A DNA stretch of 64,000 nucleotides from Synechococcus sp. (GTDB taxonomy: Bacteria > Cyanobacteriota > Cyanobacteriia > PCC-6307 > Cyanobiaceae), in assembly GCA_047284725.1 (NCBI GenBank), contig JBJBEO010000001.1:920203-984202 (forward strand), written 5' to 3'. Below, one piece after another: positions 24,806 through 35,807 of this stretch. A program made the translations under genes and the position numbers. A model generated the notes under the pieces. That model made no database searches and was not told the origin of the DNA. It saw only the letters and a program-made list of their open reading frames with translations. Numbering within the stretch: position 1 is the first letter of the stretch; each line of letters opens with the position of its first letter.

Positions 24806-25561
24806 ATGGCTCCACAGCTGCTGTTTTACAACGATGTTGTTCCTCTGAATAAGGAGCGTCATCAGGGCTGGTCTCTTAAGCAGGTTGATGATTATTCGTT
24901 TGCAGACAAGGCCAACTCTGTCCCTCTGATGTCTGTTGAGTTCTTCCAGGCCTCCGCTGATTATCCAATTGTCTTTGCTGGCGACGAAGAAGTCGTTTCT
25001 CCCGTGCTGTTGCTCGGATTGCAGCAGGCTCAGAATTTATTCCTGCAAAGCAATGGGTCATGGAGTGGTGGTTACATACCCGCCTTTATCAGAAGGTATC
25101 CATTCGTATTTACTCGCTCTGATGACGGTGAGCAATACTATCTATGCATCGATGAGTCGCATCCAGGTTTCAATCAATACGGTGAAGGTGAGGCTTTGTT
25201 GAACGAAGATGGTAATCCTACGGACTTCACCGACAACATCCTCAAGTTTCTGAGTAGCTACCAATATGAGTTCCAGAGGACGCAGGCATTTTGCAAGAAG
25301 CTGAAGGAGCTCAATCTCCTGGAGGCAAAGCAAGCTGATATTTCCCTTCCGGATGGTACCAAGAAGTCCTTGAAAGGTTTTTATACTGTTGAGCGACAAC
25401 GCCTGGCATCACTGTCGTCTGAGTCCATCGTGGAGCTTGTTCGGTCGGGTTACTATGAGATGATTTGTAGCCATCTCGCTTCATTGCGTAACTTCAAGCT
25501 TCTCAGTGATCTCAGCAATGAGCGAGTTAGCGAAAGTGGGGAATTGCATGCTGTGGTGTAG
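24806..25561 (+). CDS. sapC: SapC-family protein (Campylobacter fetus S-layer locus SapC type)
   Basis: Motifs VPLNKERH, YSFA..NSVPL..EF..A..YPIVF, LLGL..NLFL..G.W.GGYIPAFIRRYPF are characteristic of the SapC family. ATG at 24806 (track start TTG 24800). Confidence 0.85.
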   Translation: MAPQLLFYNDVVPLNKERHQGWSLKQVDDYSFADKANSVPLMSVEFFQASADYPIVFAGDEEVVSPVLLLGLQQAQNLFLQSNGSWSGGYIPAFIRRYPFVFTRSDDGEQYYLCIDESHPGFNQYGEGEALLNEDGNPTDFTDNILKFLSSYQYEFQRTQAFCKKLKELNLLEAKQADISLPDGTKKSLKGFYTVERQRLASLSSESIVELVRSGYYEMICSHLASLRNFKLLSDLSNERVSESGELHAVV

Positions 25562-26221
25562 TTGGTTGGTGCATGATGTCTTTGGTGTGAGGTGAATTTT
25601 TCGTGGCACTGCCTCTCAACGATGCAGTGCTCTTTTTTTGTTCTGTCGTTTCGCTTCTCTGACCATCTGCTGTGTGATTGGAATGCTCCCGGTTTCTCGC
25701 TTGGGCTCGTTGCTGGCCGTCAGGCCTCAGGCATCGGTAGGGCTTGACGTTGATGGCATTGGCTCTGTTGTCTGCTGATCGTCGTTTTCCCAAGCAATCG
25801 ACGAGAAGCTGGCGTGCTGAAGTGTCTGTGGCAGTCCTATTTGCAAGTCTGTGATTGGTGTCAATGCTTTCTGCAGACTTGCTGGCTTTGATGCGTCGTG
25901 GTTCTGGGTGGTGGTGGTTGCCTGGAGCTGTAGTCTTCGGCTTGTCTTGTAGAAGCTTGGCGTGAATGTGTGAAGTTGGCGGCGTTTGCCCCTGTGTCAA
26001 GCACTACACATTTTGGCTCTTGTTGATTGATGATGGAGGAGATCGCCGCCTGTGGGTTCTGGCTTGTCTGTTGATCTTTTGATCAAGCCTTGCTTCTCAA
26101 GATCGATCGTTCGCTTTGGTTGGAGTGCTCTTGTTCCACACTCTGAATTGCAGGCGCCTGATGTTGAGTGCTTTTCAGAGTTGTTGTCTGACGATCTCAT
26201 CAAGAGTTCGATCTCCAGGAT

Positions 26222-26908
26222 CTAGTTCAACATCAGGCCGCTGACTCCCTGCCAGCCGAGATAGCCGCCAAGGCCCAGGCTCACAGCGCTCACCACCAGT
26301 TCTCCACGTGTAAAGAGAAGCTCTTTGCCTTTCTCTAAAACCGGCAGCACTTTGTTGCGGCCAATCACCACCGCCAGCAACGGCACCATCAGCAGCAGGC
26401 TGGCTCCGGCAGTGAAGGTCACCAACCCCACCAGTTCCTGCCAGCGCGGTAGCTGGGCCGCCAGCACGATGCCAGCCGATTTGGCGAACAGCAGCAGATC
26501 GTCAGGGCTGGCCACTTCGGTGAGGGCGCCGAGGCCGACCAACAGCGGCAGCGGCATGGCCACGAAGCGATCGATGCTGCGCGTCCAGCCGGGAGGGTGG
26601 TTGCCATCGGTCAAGGCCCTCAGCAGTTCCTTCACGCCGATCGCGATCAAGGCTCCGCCAGCGACAAGATCCAGGCCCGTGCGATGGTCGGAGCCCTGGG
26701 TCATGTCAAGCACCAAGGTGTGCCCCACAGTGAGCAGCAGGCTGACCGTGGCCAGGGTGGTGATCACCCAGCCGGTCACAAACCAACCGCCGCGTTGCAG
26801 GGGATTGGGGCCCAACAGCAGCAGCAGCAACACTGCCAGATGAATCGGGGAGAGGCTGATGCCAGTGCCGTAGGCCAGCAGCTCAGCCCAGAGAGTGGTG
26901 TCGCTCAT
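26222..26908 (-). CDS. GAP/Sap-family membrane protein
   Basis: Multiple hydrophobic segments; N-terminal GISLSPIHLAVLLLLL. ATG at 26908 (MSDTTLW). Confidence 0.7.
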   Translation of the reverse strand: MSDTTLWAELLAYGTGISLSPIHLAVLLLLLLGPNPLQRGGWFVTGWVITTLATVSLLLTVGHTLVLDMTQGSDHRTGLDLVAGGALIAIGVKELLRALTDGNHPPGWTRSIDRFVAMPLPLLVGLGALTEVASPDDLLLFAKSAGIVLAAQLPRWQELVGLVTFTAGASLLLMVPLLAVVIGRNKVLPVLEKGKELLFTRGELVVSAVSLGLGGYLGWQGVSGLMLN

Positions 26909-26964
26909 CGCACGGGGGTGGGTGGGGGTCTGAGATGAATGCTGATGATGCCTGGGCTCTGTGT

Positions 26965-27561
26965 TCAGGGCCTGAACCAGGCGCCTGCAGGGGCATTCCA
27001 CCGCTTCACCACCCGGAGATGGTGTTCATGGCCGAGGACGCAGATCGAACCGGTGTCAAGGCGGAACAGCCTTCCCCCGTCCGCGCCGATGCCAAGCCAG
27101 GTGCCTGCGAGGGCTCGCAGCAGGTGGCCATGGGCAAACAACGCCACAGCACCCGCGTTCTGAATCGCCATGGCGTTGTCAATCACCGCGCAGCATCGCT
27201 TCTGCACAGTCGCGGCATCCTCACCCCCCGGGCAGCCGTGGCTCCAGATCGACCAATCCGGAACCGATTGCTGGATCTGAGGCGTGGTGAGACCCTCATA
27301 GTGGCCATAGTTCCATTCCCTCAACTCCTCAAGCAGCACAGCCTGTTGGCCAAGTCCTGCAAGCTCGCAGGTGCGTCGTGCTCGGTTCAGCGGTGAGCAA
27401 AAGACGGCTGCAAACGGCACCTGTTTCAGGACCGGTTGGAGCTCCTGGGCTTCCTGCTCACCCTCCGGGAGCAAGGGCAGATCCGTGCTGCCGGTGTGGC
27501 GTCCGTTGAGAGCCCATGCCGTGGCACCGTGCCGTAGCAACCACAGCTGACGTTCTTGCAC
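26965..27561 (-). CDS. Histidine phosphatase (phosphoglycerate mutase-like) family protein
   Basis: LLRHG, SPL.RA..T, L.EWNYG.YEG and FAHGH motifs. Confidence 0.9.
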   Translation of the reverse strand: MQERQLWLLRHGATAWALNGRHTGSTDLPLLPEGEQEAQELQPVLKQVPFAAVFCSPLNRARRTCELAGLGQQAVLLEELREWNYGHYEGLTTPQIQQSVPDWSIWSHGCPGGEDAATVQKRCCAVIDNAMAIQNAGAVALFAHGHLLRALAGTWLGIGADGGRLFRLDTGSICVLGHEHHLRVVKRWNAPAGAWFRP

Positions 27562-27572
27562 AGATTGCAGCG

Positions 27573-27998
27573 CTAGGTGTGCTTGATTTCAAACCAGTCT
27601 TCGCCTGTGGTCGGTAACTGGCTCAGTCGCACCATGTGAACCTTGCTGCCGACGGGGCCCCGTTCACACCACATCCTCAGTTCGTTCAAAGCGAAGCTGC
27701 TGCCTTCCGCCTGCACTTCCACTTTTCCATCACTGAGGTTTTTCACCCAGCCACAAAGACCCAGTTCGGTGGCCCGTTGCAGGCAGGCGTTGCGGAACCC
27801 GACACCCTGCACATCTCCGATCACCATCAGTCTCCAGCGCTCGGGGTGCAGCTGCGGTTTGGCTTTCTGTCGGCTGAGGAAGCGGCCCCGGTCCTGATGG
27901 CTGCGGCTTCGACTGCGCCGCGCCATCGGCATGAGATCGTCGAGCATCCTCCCCAGTGGAGGTGGACCCAGCTGGCGTGAAGACTTGGATGACTCCAT
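27573..27998 (-). CDS. acyP: Acylphosphatase (start uncertain)
   Basis: GDVQGVGFR and GWVKNLSDGKVE signatures. N-terminal extension overlaps the cobB 3' end. Confidence 0.85.
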   Translation of the reverse strand: MESSKSSRQLGPPPLGRMLDDLMPMARRSRSRSHQDRGRFLSRQKAKPQLHPERWRLMVIGDVQGVGFRNACLQRATELGLCGWVKNLSDGKVEVQAEGSSFALNELRMWCERGPVGSKVHMVRLSQLPTTGEDWFEIKHT

Positions 27999-29296
27999 CC
28001 TTCCCTCCGTCGGGGAATGTGCCACCCTTCAATTTGCCAAAGCGGTTGCAATCTGCCAACTGGTGGGATGTCCCCCGTTCCATCGCTGTCGGTGGGGGCG
28101 TCAGCACTCAGCTCCCATCGGTGGAATTCATGGCCCGTGAGCTGGTCCCCACGGCGGAGCAGCAGGCCATTGTGCTCCGCCTCCAAGCGGCGATAGCCCA
28201 CCTGAAGTTGGCCCTTGCGGGCGTGAAACGGGAGCAGGCCGGCCATCGCATGGGCCTTGCCTTGGGCATCGCTGAGGCTTTGCCCCAGCAGCAACATCCC
28301 CCCGCATTCGGCATAGATCGGTTTGCGGCCGAACCACCGCCGCAAGCTCTCGAGGCTGCGTCCGCACCGGCTGAGGTCTTCAGCATGCAGTTCGGGGAAC
28401 CCCCCCGGCAGAATCAATCCCTGGGCGTCCCGGGGAAGCGGTTCATCCGCCAAGGGTTGCCAGGGAAGGACCGGCAGCATGAGGGCATCAAGCCAGTCCT
28501 GCAGTTCCGGGTAGCGGAAGTGAAAAGCCTGGTCTTGGGCCACCGCGATGGGGATGGCTTGGTTGGTGCTGTGGTCAGCATGCTGCTCGAGCTGGCGTTG
28601 TACAGGGTTGGGGCCCTCGCTTGGGGCCGTGAGCAGCGGTAACAGGGCGTCGAGACGCAGGTGTTCCTCCGCGAGCTGGGCCCATGCATCCAAGCGCTGG
28701 CGCAGGCCGTCAAGTTCATGGGCTGGGGCAAGGCCGAGGTGGCGGCTGGGTAGATCGAGATCCACGTGGCGCGGCAGACAGCCCAGTAGGGGCACTTGGA
28801 TGCCGTCGAGCACCTCCTGCATCAGTTGGCGATGGCGGACCGTACTCACGCGATTGAGCACCACGCCAGCCAGATGCAGCGCGGGGTCATGGAGCTGGAA
28901 GCCCCGCACAACAGCCGCGAGCGACTGGGCCTGCCCCCCTGCGTCCACCACCAGCACAACCGGGAGGTTCAGCAGCTTGGCGATGGCGGCGCTGCTGCCC
29001 TCGCTGCTGGGACCGATGCCGTCGTACAGCCCCATGACCCCCTCCACCAGACAGAGGTCGGCTTGACCACCAAAGCTGTGGAAGCTGTCGTGCACCCAGG
29101 TGGGGCTGCACAGGGGCAGGTCAAGGTTTCGGCAAGGGCGACCGGCCGCTGCACTGAGCAGCTGGGGATCGAGGTAGTCAGGCCCTACCTTGAAAGGCTG
29201 CAGGCTCAGGCCTCGGCGTCGGGCCCAGGCCGTCAGGCTGAGGCTGAGAAGTGTTTTGCCGCTCCCACTGGCTGGAGCCGCGATCAGACAGGCCAT
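27827..29296 (-). CDS. cobB: Cobyrinate a,c-diamide synthase
   Basis: SGSGKT P-loop, FKVGPDYLDP, EGVMGLYDG, LPSRHLGL; glutaminase domain GGFPE, YAECGG, GHEFH. Confidence 0.93.
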   Translation of the reverse strand: MACLIAAPASGSGKTLLSLSLTAWARRRGLSLQPFKVGPDYLDPQLLSAAAGRPCRNLDLPLCSPTWVHDSFHSFGGQADLCLVEGVMGLYDGIGPSSEGSSAAIAKLLNLPVVLVVDAGGQAQSLAAVVRGFQLHDPALHLAGVVLNRVSTVRHRQLMQEVLDGIQVPLLGCLPRHVDLDLPSRHLGLAPAHELDGLRQRLDAWAQLAEEHLRLDALLPLLTAPSEGPNPVQRQLEQHADHSTNQAIPIAVAQDQAFHFRYPELQDWLDALMLPVLPWQPLADEPLPRDAQGLILPGGFPELHAEDLSRCGRSLESLRRWFGRKPIYAECGGMLLLGQSLSDAQGKAHAMAGLLPFHARKGQLQVGYRRLEAEHNGLLLRRGDQLTGHEFHRWELSADAPTDSDGTGDIPPVGRLQPLWQIEGWHIPRRREGWSHPSLHASWVHLHWGGCSTISCRWRGAVEAAAIRTGAASSADRKPNRSCTPSAGD

Positions 29297-29336
29297 GGTC
29301 GGCGGGGGCGTTGAACGTCATCCCGCCATGGGCGGT

Positions 29337-30620
29337 TCAGTGGAGAAGCTTGGCAGCCAGAGGCGCAGCGGCTGCCAACAGGGGATTGGTGGTGTCGTGT
29401 CCTCCCTCCAGAACACGGGCCACGTCGTCTTCGACCGTGGTCTGCGAAAGCGGCACCACTTCCTCGATCAGTTCCATGCTGGCCATCCCACCGGCTTCCA
29501 GACGCATGCAGCCTCCGGATTCGGCACAGAGAATCACGCACGCCGCCGGGCTTGCGTCGGGTTGGCAGATCATCCGCAAGCCCACGATCTGGCCTGGGTG
29601 AATGCTCGGTTGCCCCATCGGGATGGGGGCGACCCGAAGGTTGACGGGGGTGCCATCGTTGCGATGGAAGGTGGCGGTGAGACTGCCGTCACTCTCTTTC
29701 TGGCTGCTGTTCAGTTGCCAGCCGAGCCGATCAGCGATCCAAGCCCCGAGCAGCAGACCCTGCACGGGATGGTCGCTCTCCACGTCGAGATCCAGTTGCA
29801 CCACATGGCTGAGGGCATGACGCCGTTGCGGTGGATCGAACACCATCGCCAGGGTTTCGCGCCAGCCCCGCAGTCGCAACCAGTTGAGATCGTTCACTGA
29901 CTGACCGGCTTCGATGCGGTCCTTGAGCAGGTCGAGGCAGTGGCGAGGATCGCCCAGGGCTGAATCGAGAATTAATCGTCTGTTGCGAATGGCGAGCTGC
30001 TGCAGCAGTTCTGGGGCCTCATCGATGCTGCCGTTCCACCAAACCCAGGAAGGCATGTCATCGGGGAGCAGTGGCTGAAGCAGTCCCAGGCCCTGGGTGA
30101 GGTTGGTCTGGCCGCCCCGCAGCACCACCACATCGCCGCAGGCGGCGCTGGCGCCACCTTCCTCCGGCAGGGGGCAGTAAGCCGCCACCAGGGTTTGAAG
30201 AGGTTGCTCCGTCTGCAGACTCGGTGCCAAGGTGATCAGGCGCCTGGGTCGGAGGGCGCTGATGGCGGCGTCGACATGTTGGCCGCGCAGATCTTCACTC
30301 AGTTGATCACCGCTGAGGTTGCTGAGGGCATCCGCCACTGTGGTCGTGAGCGGGGGTGTGCTCAGGGGTAGATCGCTGTCGATCACCACCTGCCGCGCTT
30401 GGCTGATCACCTCATCCCGTTGGGCTCCGAGGACGGGTCCATGCAGGCGGCCGGTGCGCACGAGCTGCTGCTCCACCCAGGCGGGCTCCCACACCAGCAG
30501 GCAGAAGGTGTGGGCCCCCAGGTTGTTGCCCGATTCTTCAGTCCAGAGTTTGTCCAGATAGCCGGAGACTTCGGCGGGGGGAAGCCCCAGGGGGGTTTGG
30601 AGCGTGAGCTGGGGTGACAT
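29337..30620 (-). CDS. opcA: Glucose-6-phosphate dehydrogenase assembly protein OpcA
   Basis: MSPQLTLQTP start, DLNWLRL..WRE motif, directly downstream of zwf. Confidence 0.93.
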   Translation of the reverse strand: MSPQLTLQTPLGLPPAEVSGYLDKLWTEESGNNLGAHTFCLLVWEPAWVEQQLVRTGRLHGPVLGAQRDEVISQARQVVIDSDLPLSTPPLTTTVADALSNLSGDQLSEDLRGQHVDAAISALRPRRLITLAPSLQTEQPLQTLVAAYCPLPEEGGASAACGDVVVLRGGQTNLTQGLGLLQPLLPDDMPSWVWWNGSIDEAPELLQQLAIRNRRLILDSALGDPRHCLDLLKDRIEAGQSVNDLNWLRLRGWRETLAMVFDPPQRRHALSHVVQLDLDVESDHPVQGLLLGAWIADRLGWQLNSSQKESDGSLTATFHRNDGTPVNLRVAPIPMGQPSIHPGQIVGLRMICQPDASPAACVILCAESGGCMRLEAGGMASMELIEEVVPLSQTTVEDDVARVLEGGHDTTNPLLAAAAPLAAKLLH

Positions 30621-30672
30621 GGTGGCCTCAGACGTAAGGACGGCAGAAACAGATCGAAAGGGATTTCACGCG

Positions 30673-32196
30673 TCAGGGGCGGCGCCAGAGCAGGCCGTCA
30701 CGGCCCAGCATGGCGTCGGCAGCGGCCGGTCCCCAGGTGCGTGATTCATAGGGGTGAATCGGCAATCGCCAGGGGCTGTCCTCGATCAGCTCCAGCAGCG
30801 GGGTATAAAGGCGCCACGCAGCCTCCACCTCATCACTGCGGGTGAACAACGTGGGGTCGCCGAGCATGGCGTCCGCCAGCAGGCGCACATAGCCTTCATC
30901 GGAGGGTTCGCCGAAGGATTCGTCGTAGGAGAACTCCATCTCCACCGGTCGGCTGCGCATGCCTGATCCGGGCGATTTCACATCAAAGCGGAATTCCGCC
31001 CCTTCATCGGGCTGGATCCGCAGGATCAGTTGGTTGGCAGTGGGGCTGCCACCAGCGGCATCAAACAGATGCACCGGCGCCTCCCGGAAGGTCAGCACCA
31101 CTTCGCTGAGGCGTTTCGCCAGCCGTTTACCCGTGCGTACATAGAAGGGCACGCCCTGCCAACGCCAGTTGTCGATGAACAGCTTCATCGCCACGTAGGT
31201 CTCGGTGGTGCTGTTGGGATCTACACCCGGTTCTTGCCGGTATCCCTTCAGTGGTGCCGACTGGCTGCCCCCTGGCCCGTACTGGCCACGGATGCAGCAG
31301 TTCCAGGGTTCCTCTTCATCGGCGAGACGGGCCGCCTGCAACACTTTGGCCTTTTCGCTGCGGATCGCTTCAGGGTCAAACCGCCCCGGCGTTTCCATGG
31401 CGGTCATCGCCAGCATCTGGGTGAGGTGGTTCTGCACCATGTCGCGCAGTGCGCCAGAACTCTCGTAGTAACCGGCCCGTTCCTCGACCCCAACGGTTTC
31501 GGCGGCGGTGATCTGAACGCTCGAGATGAAATTGCGGTTCCAGAGCGGCTCGAAGATCGTGTTGGCAAAACGCAGAACCATGATGTTCTGAACCGTTTCC
31601 TTGCCCAGGTAATGGTCGATCCGGAAGATCTGGTTCTCTTTGCCGCAGGACTGCACCACTTTGTTGAGTGCCTGGGCGCTGCTGTAGTCCCGACCGAAGG
31701 GTTTTTCGATCACCACCCGGCTGCGATCTGCGTCCTGCAACAGGCCTGCATCAGCGAGGGCCCGGCATCCGCTTGCGTAAAACTTCGGAGAGACCGAGAG
31801 ATAAAAGGTGCGGTTGCCGCGGGTGGCGCGTTGCCGATCAATGGCGGCCAGTCGCACCCCCAACTGCACGACATCGTCGGGTTTTTGCAGGTCGACAGGC
31901 TCGTAGAACAGTCCTGCTGAGAACTGCTTCCAGGCCTGAGGGTGATCCTTGATCTTATCGACCATGGCCTCGGCCATCTTGCTGCGGAACTCCTCGTCGC
32001 TCCAGGGCCGCCGGGCACAGCCGAGCAGGGCGAATTCACTGGGTAGCCTCCGCTGGAGAAACAACTCAAACAGTGCAGGCACAAGTTTGCGATGGGTGAG
32101 GTCGCCGCTGGCCCCGAAGATCACCAGACATTGGGGCGCGATCACCCGTTCCTGCCTCAGTCCAACCCTTAAGGGGTTCGTCAACGTGGCGTTCAT
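30673..32196 (-). CDS. zwf: Glucose-6-phosphate 1-dehydrogenase
   Basis: GASGDL, EKPFG and RIDHYLGKE motifs. Confidence 0.97.
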   Translation of the reverse strand: MNATLTNPLRVGLRQERVIAPQCLVIFGASGDLTHRKLVPALFELFLQRRLPSEFALLGCARRPWSDEEFRSKMAEAMVDKIKDHPQAWKQFSAGLFYEPVDLQKPDDVVQLGVRLAAIDRQRATRGNRTFYLSVSPKFYASGCRALADAGLLQDADRSRVVIEKPFGRDYSSAQALNKVVQSCGKENQIFRIDHYLGKETVQNIMVLRFANTIFEPLWNRNFISSVQITAAETVGVEERAGYYESSGALRDMVQNHLTQMLAMTAMETPGRFDPEAIRSEKAKVLQAARLADEEEPWNCCIRGQYGPGGSQSAPLKGYRQEPGVDPNSTTETYVAMKLFIDNWRWQGVPFYVRTGKRLAKRLSEVVLTFREAPVHLFDAAGGSPTANQLILRIQPDEGAEFRFDVKSPGSGMRSRPVEMEFSYDESFGEPSDEGYVRLLADAMLGDPTLFTRSDEVEAAWRLYTPLLELIEDSPWRLPIHPYESRTWGPAAADAMLGRDGLLWRRP

Positions 32197-32298
32197 TGAT
32201 CACGCAGCTCTGAAGAAGGTTTAACCAGGAATCTGCCGATGCACAGCGTCAGGCTTCGTCACCGCCATGAATTGTCTTTGTCTGCACAAAAAACCATC

Positions 32299-32326
32299 AA
32301 AAAAGCCCGCTCGAAGGCGGGCTTTT
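32299..32326 (-). terminator. Intrinsic terminator after petH (possibly bidirectional)
   Basis: AAAAGCCCGC-TCGAAG-GCGGGCTTTT hairpin; the A6 run gives a U-tail on the minus strand. Confidence 0.85.
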
Positions 32327-32348
32327 GAACCGTGATCGCTGGGATGGA

Positions 32349-33536
<1,188 letters not shown>

Positions 33537-33693
33537 CTATCCACTAAACGGGGCGATCATAGGCGTGTTGGCTCTGGCCAATCCCTTTGTGTGTCGCTTG
33601 CTGCAACGGATTTGCACCGAGAGCCCCTTCCAAGGTGCTTGTTGAGCCTATTGTTCAGGCCAGGGTCAATCCACGAATCGAACCGTTTTCCTT

Positions 33694-34248
33694 TTGGCGT
33701 CGTCTGAAACCACTGTTGTTCTGCCAAGCAGTGCTTTGACTGGCTCTGGTGTTCGTCACCAAACCATCGAGCAGACCATGGAGCGTCTGCCCCAGGGAGC
33801 CCGCCGCCTGGCCGCCCAACTGCGGACGCCGCTCTCTGTTGCTTTGCTGTGGAAGGTGCTGACCGATTACGAAAACCTCAGCACGTTTATTCCCAATCTT
33901 GCCAGCAGCACTGTCTTGGACAAAACCGCAAACACGGTTCGTTTGGCGCAAGTTGGTAGCCAGCAATTGCTGGGGTTGAAGTTTTCAGCTCAAGTGGAGC
34001 TCGAGCTGACTGAGCACCCTGCAGATGGCTTGTTGCGGTTCCGCATGATCAAGGGGGATTTTCGTCGTTTTGAGGGCATGTGGCGGCTCCAGGCCTTGCC
34101 GGATGGCACGTCCCTGCTTTACGAACTCACTGTTCAGGGATGTCTCGGGATGCCGGTTGGTCTGATTGAGCAGAGGTTGCGGTCAGATCTCGCCGCAAAT
34201 CTGGTAGCTGTCGAGCAGGAAGCCCTGCGTCGTCAGTCCTCTTGTTAG
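33694..34248 (+). CDS. SRPBCC / polyketide cyclase-like protein (start uncertain)
   Basis: W.VLTDYENL..FIPNL and GDFRRFEG.W motifs. Confidence 0.8.
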   Translation: MASSETTVVLPSSALTGSGVRHQTIEQTMERLPQGARRLAAQLRTPLSVALLWKVLTDYENLSTFIPNLASSTVLDKTANTVRLAQVGSQQLLGLKFSAQVELELTEHPADGLLRFRMIKGDFRRFEGMWRLQALPDGTSLLYELTVQGCLGMPVGLIEQRLRSDLAANLVAVEQEALRRQSSC

Positions 34249-34423
34249 ATGAAGGGTTGGGAGTAATAAAAACTGATCGTTAATCCAGATGATTTGGATG
34301 GCTTGATCTGAAGAATTTCAATCGCTTAAAAAGCTAAAAATTGATTTAAATCAAATAAAACTAATCAATCTATAGGCCTAACAATGCAAATGCCTTGTAA
34401 AGGACTTTAGTGTTGAAGATTAA

Positions 34424-34496
34424 TACCCCCAAGGGGATTCGAACCCCTGTCGCCTCCGTGAAAGGGAGGTGTCCTAGGCCTCTAGACGATGGGGGC
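34424..34496 (-). tRNA. trnE: tRNA-Glu (UUC)
   Basis: Reverse complement GCCCCCATCGTCTAGAGGCCTAGGACACCTCCCTTTCACGGAGGCGACAGGGGTTCGAATCCCCTTGGGGGTA forms a cloverleaf with TTC anticodon; CCA not encoded. Confidence 0.97.
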
Positions 34497-34539
34497 GAGG
34501 CCGTGACCGAAACGCTTCTGTTCCGTGCACCTGATGAAA

Positions 34540-35703
34540 TTACGGGGCCGATGGACCCTCCGTCAAGACAGTGGTCGGATCGTGGTCTGGATTGAGTTGG
34601 TCCTGTCCCTGCCAGACCGGAACGGTGAAGAAAAAGCAGGCGCCTTCCCCGGGTGCGGAGACCACCCAGATCTTCCCTCCATGGACTTCGACAATGCGCC
34701 TGCACACGGACAGACCCACCCCGAACCCTGACGTTTCGCTGGAGGTTTGTGGCAAGCGAACGCGATCCAGGAAGATGCGTTGCTGTTCTTCCGAAGGGAT
34801 GCCAGGGCCGCTGTCGCAGATGCTGACCTGCAGCCACTGACTGGTGCGGTGCAGCATCGTGAGAGACAGTTTGCCGCCGTCCTGGGTGTACTTCAGGGCA
34901 TTCTCAAGCAGGTTGAGAAGCACCTGCCGCATGCGTCGCTGGTCGGCGTAGACCTTGGGAAGATCCGAGGGGATATCGGTATGTATGCCGACATTGCGGC
35001 CTAACCATTGCTTCTCCAGTTCCAGGATGGCTTCGGCCGCCACACTGGCCAGGTCAAGCTTCTGGGGGTTGAACATGGCCTCCCAGCGGGTGCTGCCCAC
35101 CTCCAGAAGATCTTTCGAAAGCAGTGCGATTTCCTCGAGGCGCCGTTTGAGCACATCCTGAAAACGGTTGAGATCGATCTGTCCCAGTTGCTGGCTTTGC
35201 AGAGCAAGCGTGGCAGCCGTTAACGGTGTGCGCAATTCATGGGCCACCATGCGCAGGAGCCGCTCTTGGGCCTGAAGGCGATCGATCAGGGTCTCGTTTT
35301 CCTGGCGCAGTACCAGGAGTTGATCTTCGAGTTGAAGCTCACGTTGGGTTCGGCTGCCATCAAGCTCCGTGGGCTTGAGGCTCAGTCCCAGGTCGCTTAC
35401 GACTTCATCCTGCTGCCAACGAGGCACCCAGCCACGAAGTTGCTGAAAGATGCTGCTGCCAGCGAAGACCTGTTTGGGAGCCGGTTGAAGCTTGATCAGT
35501 GCTGGTGTGACCACCAGACGGTGAAGTTCAAGCAGCTCGGGCTGGGAGGTGGGATCCGCGAGTTGCAGGGTGACATCAAATCCACAGTCCTCGCTCTCGA
35601 GAAACTGGATGAGGGATCGGATGTCTCCGCTCGAAAGATGGTGCCTGCTGGCGACCAGTAGCAGCTTCAGGGGCTGGCGCGGAGTGGGAGCGCTCCCATC
35701 CAA
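34540..35703 (-). CDS. sasA: Adaptive-response sensor histidine kinase SasA
   Basis: KaiB-like N-terminus ([17 protein letters not shown]), H-box [10 protein letters not shown] boxes. Probable TTG start at 35703 (track extends to 35805). Confidence 0.88.
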   Translation of the reverse strand: MDGSAPTPRQPLKLLLVASRHHLSSGDIRSLIQFLESEDCGFDVTLQLADPTSQPELLELHRLVVTPALIKLQPAPKQVFAGSSIFQQLRGWVPRWQQDEVVSDLGLSLKPTELDGSRTQRELQLEDQLLVLRQENETLIDRLQAQERLLRMVAHELRTPLTAATLALQSQQLGQIDLNRFQDVLKRRLEEIALLSKDLLEVGSTRWEAMFNPQKLDLASVAAEAILELEKQWLGRNVGIHTDIPSDLPKVYADQRRMRQVLLNLLENALKYTQDGGKLSLTMLHRTSQWLQVSICDSGPGIPSEEQQRIFLDRVRLPQTSSETSGFGVGLSVCRRIVEVHGGKIWVVSAPGEGACFFFTVPVWQGQDQLNPDHDPTTVLTEGPSAP

Positions 35704-35807
35704 AGGTCTGAAAGCCGCAATGTTGAGACTCACCTTATGGGGTTTTGCCACCCTGTATGGATTCGCTATGACGAAGCTGAACAGACTGTTGTCTTGCAGG
35801 GCCATTT

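Noticed and set aside
25527..26203. Minus-strand ORFs of 157 and 68 aa
   Set aside because: Composition reflects strand skew; no protein-like motifs.
34370..34837. 155-aa ORF spanning the tRNA
   Set aside because: Spurious frame across tRNA-Glu and the sasA 3' end.
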